A DNA stretch of 64,000 bases from Candidatus Hydrogenedentota bacterium (GTDB lineage: Bacteria; Hydrogenedentota; Hydrogenedentia; Hydrogenedentales; SLHB01). Positions 26,538-35,459 of the stretch are shown here, piece after piece. The translations under genes and the position numbers were made by a program. The notes beneath the pieces are model-generated. The model was given only the letters and a program-made list of their open reading frames with translations. It ran no database searches and had not been told where the DNA came from. Numbering within the stretch: position 1 is the first letter of the stretch; every line of letters begins with the position of its first letter. Location: the NCBI GenBank assembly GCA_045863295.1, contig BTWA01000005.1:1-64000 (forward strand), written 5' to 3'.

Positions 26538-27593
26538 TTACACTTCCCAACACTCCACGCCCGTCAGTCCGAGCACGAATTCGGGCCCAAATGCCAAAGA
26601 CGGAGTGTAGTATCCCGGCTCCAACGGATTCTCGATCAGCGTTGTCACGCTGGTAATTGCCGAATCAACGGTCAAGGCATATGCCTCGGGCGTACGCATG
26701 AGCAACGTCCTCGAATCCCCGTTGGCATTGATAACCTCGCCCCAAAGTTGTACCTCGCCAGCCGCGCGTTGCTGATCATCAGGTCCCTTCACCTTTCGAT
26801 CGATGGCTTTCTTGATGCGGCTCTGAACAGCAGGTATGGCCAGGAACCAGCCGAGCAGATTCATCCAGACCAGTGAGTCCATCATGCGTTTGGGCGCTGC
26901 GTAATAAACTTCGATATTGGGGATTCCGGTGGAGTAATACGCGGTGGCGACGTCTCCCCAGGGAATGGCGATGGTGTTTGCTTCGCCGTCGTAGAACGGA
27001 ATGCGGCGCGAATCCGATCCCCACGGCCGCTGCACAATGGCTCCATCTTTCCGTACACGGCACCCGCGGGGCATGTTCTCAATGGAAGTCTTCGTCGTGC
27101 CAGGGCTGATGCCGCCGCCCTTCTGTTTCATGGCCAGTCGGAGGTGCGTGGCATCCGGCAATTCGCGGACGAGCATCGCTGCGAGGCAATCGGTGGGGAC
27201 TACGTCGTATCCGACACCGGGTATCACCACCAGTCCCGAGTTGGCCCATCGGGAGTGGCCCGCATGGAGCGATTCAAACACATCAATTTCGCCCGTGATG
27301 TCAAGGTAATGGGCACCCGTTTGCAGACAACCCGCAATCATAGGTTGAGCCGTTGCGGAAAACGGACCCGCGCAATGCAGCACCGCGACGGAATCGGCGA
27401 GACCTCGCGCGACGGCACGCGGGTCGTCCAGCGCAAATGTGCGCCACGGCAGCCCCAGGGGATCGGCGATCGCGCGCACCGAGTGCTCGGTTCTGCCGGC
27501 CAGTACGGGGGCATGGCCGCGGCGAACGGCCTCCTCCGCGCACAAACGTCCGGTATAGCCGTTGGCTCCGTATATCATCCAGGCTTGTGACAT
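26538..27593 (-). CDS. Saccharopine dehydrogenase-like NAD(P)-binding oxidoreductase
   Basis: YGANGYTG, HCAGPF, YLDITGE, GYDVVPTD, PWGDV. Confidence 0.9.
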   Translation of the reverse strand: MSQAWMIYGANGYTGRLCAEEAVRRGHAPVLAGRTEHSVRAIADPLGLPWRTFALDDPRAVARGLADSVAVLHCAGPFSATAQPMIAGCLQTGAHYLDITGEIDVFESLHAGHSRWANSGLVVIPGVGYDVVPTDCLAAMLVRELPDATHLRLAMKQKGGGISPGTTKTSIENMPRGCRVRKDGAIVQRPWGSDSRRIPFYDGEANTIAIPWGDVATAYYSTGIPNIEVYYAAPKRMMDSLVWMNLLGWFLAIPAVQSRIKKAIDRKVKGPDDQQRAAGEVQLWGEVINANGDSRTLLMRTPEAYALTVDSAITSVTTLIENPLEPGYYTPSLAFGPEFVLGLTGVECWEV

Positions 27594-27739
27594 TGCGCCA
27601 TCTCCAATAGACGTTATCGTACCTGAAATTCGGGGCGTGGGGCACGAAGCAAGGCTTTACAATGCACTCCGGTCGCTGTAGCATCGTACTGCCGATTCGC
27701 GCGTGGGGTTCTGCAGGCACTTCAACCAAGGGGAGTCCC

Positions 27740-29263
27740 ATGCCCGACAAAGTCATCGTCACCAATTGGAGCGCAATCCAGGGCAAGTACAACGCCTGCG
27801 CCCGCACCATACGCGACGCCGTGGATGAACTCGTTGTTGCCGATGCAGCGAGGGGGATTCAGGACCGGATCATCGATCTTTCCGATTCGGCATCCATGGC
27901 GGCCGTGGGTGCTACTGCGGTCACGAATGCGACGCACTGCAAAGAAAATAAAGATGCCATTGATGCAGTGTTCCGCCACTATGCCCCCGATTACCTTCTG
28001 TTGTTGGGGTCCGTGGATGTGATTCCGCATCAGAATCTTGAGAACTCCATTCGGGATTCCGATTTGGTGATTTGGTCCGATCTTCCCTACGCGTGCGACG
28101 CGGGCTACAGCAAGTTGGTAAAAGACTTCGCTGCCCCCACGCGCGTGGTAGGCCGCCTGCCCGATCTCACGAAGAAATCCGATGCGGCTGGTTTCGTGAC
28201 CACGATTCGTACGGCCGCACGATGGCAAATTCGTGATCGAGCCGACTACGAGATTCCGTTTGCTCTGACTGCGGAAGATTGGAAAGAATCCACGAACACC
28301 AATCTCAAGGCTGTGTTCGGAAATGGCCAGACCGCGTTGGAATCCCCTCCGGACGGTCCTAAGTGGCCCGCGGCCGATCTTGCACGGCGGTCTCATTTCG
28401 TCAATTGCCATGGCGAAGCAGATACCCCCCATTTCATGGGGGAAGGAACAAGCGGCCGCTGTCGCGCCCACAGTGCCGCATTGTTGCCGGGCAAAATCAC
28501 GGAAGGAACCGTGCTCGCGGCCGAGTGCTGTTACGGGGCGCAACTCTACGACCCCCAAATCAGGTCCGGCCAGGAAGGTATTTGCAACACGTATTTGCTG
28601 CATGGCGCCTACGGTGTCATGGGCAGTTCCACGGAGTCCTACGGATCCGTGAAGAGCAATTTGTCCGCGGACTTGATCTGCCAGTATTTTTTCAAAAGCG
28701 TGCTAAAGGGCGCATCACTTGGCCGTGCATTGCTGGAAGCACGCCAGGAGTTTCTCAAGACCACCCAACCCTTTGGCCCCGTCGCGGAAAAGACGTTGGC
28801 GCAATTCAACTTGCTGGGCGATCCGTCGATTCATCCCGTGCAGTCCGCGCCTGTGCCCCCGGCCGGTCCGCCGCCCCCGCCCGGGGTCTGGGCGCCGCCG
28901 ACGGCGGAAGTGAAAGGGCGGCGTGAGGAACTTCGTGCGACCGGCCTGAATATTTTGAATACGCTCGCCCGGGCCTATCCCACAAAAGCTGCGTGGATAC
29001 TCGACGAATTTCCGGAGCTTGCGGACATCGTCCAATCGATGGAACTCGGCAACACGTCGCTCTATGAGTTTCGGATCGACGGTCCGCCTCACGATCCACA
29101 TGCAAACCTTTCGCTGAATGTACTGCTCGGATTCGCCCCGCCGCCCCGCCGCCGTGGAGTTGGCGGGACCGGTTTGCTACCTGCCGAACCGGCCTCCGTG
29201 GTCATCGAGGCCTTGGTGGACGGCAAGAAAATCGTGACCCACGAAGTGTACGTCAGCCGTTAG
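27740..29263 (+). CDS. Peptidase C25 (gingipain/caspase-fold) family protein, no signal peptide
   Basis: YLLLLG, SDLPYA, VGRLP, catalytic HG (NCHG) and C (ECCYG), FNLLGDP. Confidence 0.78.
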   Translation: MPDKVIVTNWSAIQGKYNACARTIRDAVDELVVADAARGIQDRIIDLSDSASMAAVGATAVTNATHCKENKDAIDAVFRHYAPDYLLLLGSVDVIPHQNLENSIRDSDLVIWSDLPYACDAGYSKLVKDFAAPTRVVGRLPDLTKKSDAAGFVTTIRTAARWQIRDRADYEIPFALTAEDWKESTNTNLKAVFGNGQTALESPPDGPKWPAADLARRSHFVNCHGEADTPHFMGEGTSGRCRAHSAALLPGKITEGTVLAAECCYGAQLYDPQIRSGQEGICNTYLLHGAYGVMGSSTESYGSVKSNLSADLICQYFFKSVLKGASLGRALLEARQEFLKTTQPFGPVAEKTLAQFNLLGDPSIHPVQSAPVPPAGPPPPPGVWAPPTAEVKGRREELRATGLNILNTLARAYPTKAAWILDEFPELADIVQSMELGNTSLYEFRIDGPPHDPHANLSLNVLLGFAPPPRRRGVGGTGLLPAEPASVVIEALVDGKKIVTHEVYVSR

Positions 29264-29615
29264 TTTGAACGGTGGCGGAGAGGCATGGCGTAATGGCCTC
29301 AATAGGGGACATACTTGTGGAAAGTAATTGGATTCCTTGACTTATCACGACGCACACCGGCCAAATGGTCCGGTCTGTCTACCCAACTTGCGGCGCAAAC
29401 GTCCGGCCGAAACTTGATACAAGCGGAGTTTTTGACCTACAATTACCGCCTTACCGTGCGATAGGCGGTTCGCCCGGTAGTAGCACGCGGTGACATGCAT
29501 GCCTGGTGAACGTTCTGGCCCATTTGCAGGTGTGTCGCGGCGGTCTTTCTCTTTTCTTGAAGACCAAGTCCGTTCCGTCACCGTAACCCCTTGAATTTAC
29601 ATGAGGTAGTACGCC

Positions 29616-32300
29616 GTGGATGCCGAAGCCCAAGTAATACCCGATTTCGACAGCGAGTTGGATTCTGATTTGCAGGATTGGATTCAATCGCTGAATGAGA
29701 TTTACGATGTTGAAGGACCGGATCGTGTCCAGGAAATCCTGGATCATCTGGATCGCCGGGCCGCCCAGTTGGGTGTAAATCCTTCGTTTGCCATTAACAC
29801 GCCCTACATCAACACGATCCCCAAGAACCGGCAGCCCGCTTACCCCGGTAACCGTGAAATCGAACGGCGCATCAAATCCATCATCCGGTGGAATGCCATG
29901 GCCATGGTCGTCCGGGCCAACCGCGAATCCGAAGGGATTGGCGGTCACATTTCCACGTTTGCCTCCAGCGCAACGTTGTATGAAGTCGGTTTTAACCACT
30001 TCTTTCGCGGTGCGGGCAAGGATCATTCGGGCGACCAGATTTATTTTCAGGGCCACGCGTCTCCCGGCATCTATTCCAGGGCATTCATGGAGGGTCGGCT
30101 GAAGGAATCGCACCTCGAGAATTTCCGGCGCGAGTTGGCGGCAGGCGGTGGGCTATCTTCGTATCCGCACCCGTGGCTGATGCCTGAATTCTGGCAATTC
30201 CCGACCGTGTCCATGGGCCTGGGTCCGATCATGGCGATTTACCAGGCGCGTTTTAACCGCTATCTCGAAGATCGAGGCCTGAAGAAAGACACCAATTCCA
30301 AGGTTTGGGCCTTTTTGGGAGATGGTGAAACCGACGAACCGGAATCCCTCGGCGCGATTACGCTAGCCGCGCGGGAAAAACTCGACAACCTGATTTTCGT
30401 TATCAACTGCAATTTGCAGCGGCTCGACGGGCCTGTGCGCGGGAACGGGAAGATCATCCAGGAGTTGGAGGGCATTTTCCGCGGCGCCGGCTGGAACGTG
30501 ATCAAGGTAATCTGGGGCGGCGAGTGGGACGGCTTCCTGGAACGCGACCGCGAAGGGCTGCTGGTCAAGCGCATGGGGCAAATCGTTGACGGTCAGTATC
30601 AGAAATATACCGTTGAAAGCGGCCGCTACACACGCGACCATTTCTTTGGCAAAGACACAAAACTTGCGCGGTTGGCGCAGGGCGTGTCCGATGAAGTGAT
30701 TCGCAAGCTGAAGCGCGGAGGCCACGATCCCGAGAAGGTATTTGCGGCGTATCACGCCGCTGTGAATCACACGGGCCAGCCCACCGTGATTTTGGCCAAG
30801 ACAATCAAAGGCTATGGGCTTGGCGAAAGCGGCGAAGGCAAAAACATTACGCACCAGCAAAAGAAGTTGAACGAAGATGAATTGCGCGAGTTTCGCACGC
30901 GATTCGCGATTCCCATTTCCGATGAAGATGTGGCGCTGGCGCCGTTTTACCGGCCCGACGACGACAGCCCGGAAATGCAGTATTTGCGTGAGCGACGCCA
31001 GCAATTGGGCGGCCCCGTGCCATCGCGCGCGCCCAAGTGCGAACCTGTCAAAGCGCCCCCGGCTTCCACGTTCGAAGAATTTCACAAGGGATCGGGCGGC
31101 AGGGCATTGTCGACAACGATGGCGTTTGTGCGTCTGCTTACGCGCCTGCTGCAGGACAAGAACATCGGCAAACTGATTGTGCCCATCGTTCCCGACGAAG
31201 CCCGCACTTTCGGCATGGAGGCGTTGTTCCGCCAAGTTGGGATTTACGCGCATGCGGGGCAATTGTACGAGCCGGTGGATTCCGACACGCTCATTTATTA
31301 CAAAGAAGCGGAAGACGGGCAGATACTGGAAGAAGGCATTACCGAAGCGGGGTCCATGTCGTCGTTGATTGCAGCGGGCACGGCGTACTCGACCCACGGC
31401 ATTCCGATGATACCGTTCTTCATCTATTACTCGATGTTCGGGTTCCAGCGAATTGGCGATTTGATTTGGGCCGCGGGCGATTTGCGTTGCCGCGGTTTTC
31501 TGTTGGGCGCGACGGCAGGGCGCACGACGCTGAACGGCGAAGGCCTTCAACACCAGGACGGACACAGCCATTTGTTGGCCATGCCCGTGCCCAATCTGGT
31601 TGCGTACGATCCCGCGTTTGCGTACGAGATTCCGATTATTATTCAAGACGGCATCCGCAGGATGTACGTGGATCAGGAAAGCGTGTTCTATTACCTTACG
31701 CTGGGCAACGAGTCGTATCCCATGCCGCCCATGCCCAAAGGCGCGGAAAAGGGCATACTCAAGGGGATGTACAAATTCAGCGCTTCCAAGAAGCGCAGCA
31801 AGAATAAGGTGCAATTGTGGGGCAGCGGCGCGATCATGAACGCCGTGTTGAAGGCGGAGGAAATGCTTGCAGAAGATTGGGGTATTGCCGCCGACGTATG
31901 GAGCGTGACGAGCTACAAGGAATTGCGCCGCGACGGCCTTGAAGCCGACCGGTGGAACATGTTGCACCCTACCTCTCGAGCCAAGATGCCGTACGTCACG
32001 CAGTGCGCGAAGGCCGGCAAGCCGGATGTGGTGGTGGCGGCGTCGGATAATATGAAGGCCTTGCCCGATCTCGTAAGCAAATGGGTGCCCGGCCGATTTG
32101 TGTCTTTGGGCACGGAAGGGTTTGGCCGCAGTGAATCCCGCAAGGCCCTGCGCGATTTCTTTGAAGTGGATGAACGGTATGTAACGGTAGCGGCCTTGTG
32201 GGGACTGGCACAAGACGGCAAATTGGACTACAGCGTCGTCAAGAAGGCGATCGAACACTATGGCATCGATCCGAATAAATTGAATCCTTTGACGGCGTAA
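29616..32300 (+). CDS. aceE: Pyruvate dehydrogenase E1, homodimeric type
   Basis: GGHISTFAS, QGHASPG, PTVSMGLG, GDGETDEPE..NCNLQRLDG, PDEARTFG, GEGLQHQD. Confidence 0.97.
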   Translation: MDAEAQVIPDFDSELDSDLQDWIQSLNEIYDVEGPDRVQEILDHLDRRAAQLGVNPSFAINTPYINTIPKNRQPAYPGNREIERRIKSIIRWNAMAMVVRANRESEGIGGHISTFASSATLYEVGFNHFFRGAGKDHSGDQIYFQGHASPGIYSRAFMEGRLKESHLENFRRELAAGGGLSSYPHPWLMPEFWQFPTVSMGLGPIMAIYQARFNRYLEDRGLKKDTNSKVWAFLGDGETDEPESLGAITLAAREKLDNLIFVINCNLQRLDGPVRGNGKIIQELEGIFRGAGWNVIKVIWGGEWDGFLERDREGLLVKRMGQIVDGQYQKYTVESGRYTRDHFFGKDTKLARLAQGVSDEVIRKLKRGGHDPEKVFAAYHAAVNHTGQPTVILAKTIKGYGLGESGEGKNITHQQKKLNEDELREFRTRFAIPISDEDVALAPFYRPDDDSPEMQYLRERRQQLGGPVPSRAPKCEPVKAPPASTFEEFHKGSGGRALSTTMAFVRLLTRLLQDKNIGKLIVPIVPDEARTFGMEALFRQVGIYAHAGQLYEPVDSDTLIYYKEAEDGQILEEGITEAGSMSSLIAAGTAYSTHGIPMIPFFIYYSMFGFQRIGDLIWAAGDLRCRGFLLGATAGRTTLNGEGLQHQDGHSHLLAMPVPNLVAYDPAFAYEIPIIIQDGIRRMYVDQESVFYYLTLGNESYPMPPMPKGAEKGILKGMYKFSASKKRSKNKVQLWGSGAIMNAVLKAEEMLAEDWGIAADVWSVTSYKELRRDGLEADRWNMLHPTSRAKMPYVTQCAKAGKPDVVVAASDNMKALPDLVSKWVPGRFVSLGTEGFGRSESRKALRDFFEVDERYVTVAALWGLAQDGKLDYSVVKKAIEHYGIDPNKLNPLTA

Positions 32301-32330
32301 CCCGAATCAACCAGGTGACAGGAATACGAT

Positions 32331-33686
32331 ATGTCCGTTGAATTCAAATTACCGGCCCTTGCGGAAAACGTCGACACGGTCACAGTAACCCGTGTCTTGG
32401 TGAACAAGGGCGACGCCGTCTCCAAGGATCAGGCCGTCCTGGAAATTGAGACCGACAAGGCCGCGACGGAAGTCCCTGTCAACGTGAGCGGTGTTGTCGA
32501 GGATATCCGCGTACAAGAAGGTCAAAAGGTGCAGGTGGGCACGGTGGTGCTGGTCATTGCGCCCGGCGCGTCGGCTCCCGTCCCAGCACCCGCACCCGTG
32601 GAAGCGCCCAAGCCCGAAGCGAAGCCGGCAGAGGTCGAGGCGCCCAAGCCGGTAACCGTGGAAGCGCCGGCGCCCAAGCCCGCCAATGTGGCGGCGTTTC
32701 AGCGCACCTCGCCGGCCGCGGGCGGTCCCGTGTCGGCGCCTCCATCCGTTCGCCGACTGGCGCGCGAATTGGGCGTAGACCTGCATACCGTCGTTGGGTC
32801 CGGTTCAGATGGCCGCATTACCGAACAAGACGTGCGCCGGCACGCGGCTCAGCGCGAAGTGAAGTCCACCGCCGCCGCGCCTTCGCCGGAACAACTTGCC
32901 GCGAAACCCGCGGCTCCGACACCCCGCGCCCCGGAACCCGCGCCGCGCGCAGTGGTGGAAGGGATTGCCGAACAGAATGCCTTTGGCCAGATTGTCCGCC
33001 AGGAGATGAACAGCGTCCGTCGCCGCACGGCGGAGAATCTTTCCAATGCCTGGGCAACGATTCCGCACGTCACGCAGTTCGACAAGGCTGACACGACCGA
33101 GATTGAATCGTTGCGGAAACGCTACGGCAAAGTGGTGGAAAAGTCGGGTGGAAAGCTCACCGTGACCGCCATTCTGGCCAAGGTGCTGGCGGTGGCGTTG
33201 AAGAAGTTTCCACAGTTTAATTCGTCTATTGACGTGGCGGCGAACCAGATTGTGTACAAGCAGTACTACAACATCGGCATCGCGGTGGATACGGAGCGGG
33301 GTCTGATTGTTCCCGTGGTGCGCGATGTGGACAAAAAGAACATCACACAGATTGCCGCGGAGCTGAACCAGATAGCGGAGCGCACGCGCAACCGCCAGAT
33401 CAAACTGGAAGATTTGCAGGGATCGACGTTCACAATTAGCAACCTTGGTGGTATAGGCGGTTCGGGTTTCACCCCCATTGTGAATCCGCCGGAGGTGGCG
33501 ATACTCGGTGTGTCTCGATCGTCGGTAGAACCGGTGTGGAACGGATCGGAGTTCAAGCCGCGCACAATGTTGCCGCTGTCGTTGTCGTACGACCATCGGG
33601 TCATTGACGGGGCGGACGCGGCCCGGTTTTTGCGCTGGGTATGCGAGGCGCTCGAGGAACCGTTCTTTATGTTTGTGGATGGCTGA
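32331..33686 (+). CDS. aceF: Dihydrolipoamide acetyltransferase E2
   Basis: Lipoyl domain ETDKA, E3-binding PSVRRLARE, catalytic DHRVIDG. Confidence 0.95.
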   Translation: MSVEFKLPALAENVDTVTVTRVLVNKGDAVSKDQAVLEIETDKAATEVPVNVSGVVEDIRVQEGQKVQVGTVVLVIAPGASAPVPAPAPVEAPKPEAKPAEVEAPKPVTVEAPAPKPANVAAFQRTSPAAGGPVSAPPSVRRLARELGVDLHTVVGSGSDGRITEQDVRRHAAQREVKSTAAAPSPEQLAAKPAAPTPRAPEPAPRAVVEGIAEQNAFGQIVRQEMNSVRRRTAENLSNAWATIPHVTQFDKADTTEIESLRKRYGKVVEKSGGKLTVTAILAKVLAVALKKFPQFNSSIDVAANQIVYKQYYNIGIAVDTERGLIVPVVRDVDKKNITQIAAELNQIAERTRNRQIKLEDLQGSTFTISNLGGIGGSGFTPIVNPPEVAILGVSRSSVEPVWNGSEFKPRTMLPLSLSYDHRVIDGADAARFLRWVCEALEEPFFMFVDG

Positions 33687-33833
33687 TCGGGATTGGCGTT
33701 CCGGCGTGAAGCGGGTTATTCATCCGAACGCGCGCAACCATTACTTGTGTATGCCGGCGTGAATGCCGGATTCGGAAATACCTTCAATTAGCCATGCGGC
33801 TCGCTAGGGCCGCGTTTGATGAAAGTGAGAGGC

Positions 33834-35279
33834 ATGAGCGACGGCAATAAGGGCAACGGAAATTCCGGCAAGACTCGCGTAGCCATCATTGGCGGGGGCC
33901 CGGGCGGATATGCGGCGGCATTTAAAGCGGCGGACATGGGATTGGCGGTTACGCTGATTGATTTAAATCCGAATCCGGGCGGTGTGTGTTTGTACCGCGG
34001 TTGTATCCCGTCGAAGACACTGTTGCACGTGGCCAAAATACTGACCGAAGCCCGCGATGCCGAACATTGGGGCATCAAGTTTTCCAAACCGCGCATGGAT
34101 CTTGGGAAGTTGCGTGAGAGCAAAGATGCGGTGGTCGAGAAATTGACGGGCGGACTGGGTCAGCTTGGCAAGGCGCGCAACATCACGTATTTGCAGGGGC
34201 GGGCCTATTTCGAAGAATCGAAACGCATCCGCATCACGGACGATGCGGGCAAGGAAACGTTTATTGATACGGACTATACCATTATCGCAGCGGGATCCCG
34301 CCCTGCGCGTCTGCCCAATGTACTTATCGAATCCGAGCGGTTGATGGATTCCACCAACGCTCTGGACATTCCCGAGATTCCGAAGACGTTGCTGGTCGTC
34401 GGAGGCGGGTACATCGGTTTGGAGTTGGGATCGGTATATGCCGCGCTGGGGTCGAAGGTAACAGTTGTGGAAATGGCGCCGCAGCTTTTGCCCGGCGGCG
34501 ATGCCGATCTCGTTCGAATCCTGCATGAACAGATTGATGGCCGCATGGAGAGCATACTTTTGAGTACGAAGGTGGCCGACTTGAAGGAAACGAAGGACGG
34601 CATTCAGGTCACGCTGCAAAGCGAAGGCGCCAAACCCCGGACGAAGGTATTCGAAAAGGTGTTGGTCAGCGTGGGCCGCAGGCCCAATTCCAGCGGCTTG
34701 GGCTTGGCGAATACGACCGTTGAAGTGGATGAGAAGGGCTTTATCAAGGTTGACGAGCAACGGCGTACGACCGACGCCTCCGTATTTGCCATTGGCGATG
34801 TGTGCGGCGAGCCCATGCTGGCACACAAGGCATCGCACGAGGGACGTGTCGCGGCCGAAGTAATCGCCGGCACCAATGTGGCCTTTGAACCCAGTGCGAT
34901 TCCGGCTGTGGTTTTCACCGATCCCGAATTGGCGTGGTGCGGAGTGACGGAAAGCGAGGCCAAGAAGAAGGGTCTGCCCATTAAAGTGTCTCGTTTCCCC
35001 TGGGGCGCTTCCGGCAGAGCCACGACGTTGAACCGATCCGATGGACTTACAAAGCTCATCACGGATGCGCAAACGGGCCAATTGCTGGGGATGGGCGTTG
35101 TGGGCCCGGGCGCCGGCGAGTTGATTGCGGAAGGCGTGCTGGCCATCGAGATGGGCGCCACGGCGACCGACATCGGCCTGTCCATCCATCCTCATCCGAC
35201 CTTGTCGGAAACGGTCATGGAAACGGCCGATATGATTTTCGGTCACGCAACGCACATTTACCGGCCGGGAAAAAGCTGA
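33834..35279 (+). CDS. lpdA: Dihydrolipoamide dehydrogenase E3
   Basis: GGGPGG, CLYRGCIPSK, GGGYIG, HPHPTLSE. Confidence 0.97.
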   Translation: MSDGNKGNGNSGKTRVAIIGGGPGGYAAAFKAADMGLAVTLIDLNPNPGGVCLYRGCIPSKTLLHVAKILTEARDAEHWGIKFSKPRMDLGKLRESKDAVVEKLTGGLGQLGKARNITYLQGRAYFEESKRIRITDDAGKETFIDTDYTIIAAGSRPARLPNVLIESERLMDSTNALDIPEIPKTLLVVGGGYIGLELGSVYAALGSKVTVVEMAPQLLPGGDADLVRILHEQIDGRMESILLSTKVADLKETKDGIQVTLQSEGAKPRTKVFEKVLVSVGRRPNSSGLGLANTTVEVDEKGFIKVDEQRRTTDASVFAIGDVCGEPMLAHKASHEGRVAAEVIAGTNVAFEPSAIPAVVFTDPELAWCGVTESEAKKKGLPIKVSRFPWGASGRATTLNRSDGLTKLITDAQTGQLLGMGVVGPGAGELIAEGVLAIEMGATATDIGLSIHPHPTLSETVMETADMIFGHATHIYRPGKS

Positions 35280-35298
35280 GTTACCCATTGCAAAACTG

Positions 35299-35343
35299 AA
35301 GCCGGTTTGCGTTCCATTTTCACGGGACGCAAACCGGCTTTTT
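35299..35343 (+). terminator. Rho-independent terminator after lpdA
   Basis: AAGCCGGTTTGCGT..ACGCAAACCGGCTT stem followed by T-tract. Confidence 0.75.
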
Positions 35344-35459
35344 CAGTCCGCCGCAGCCTCACAGCGATTCGTTACTTAAAAGGCGCGCCCGTATACCAAA
35401 TCCATTTGGGGCGCGCCCTGGAATTCAAGGCGCGGGTTCCTTCCGCGAGCGAAGCCACG

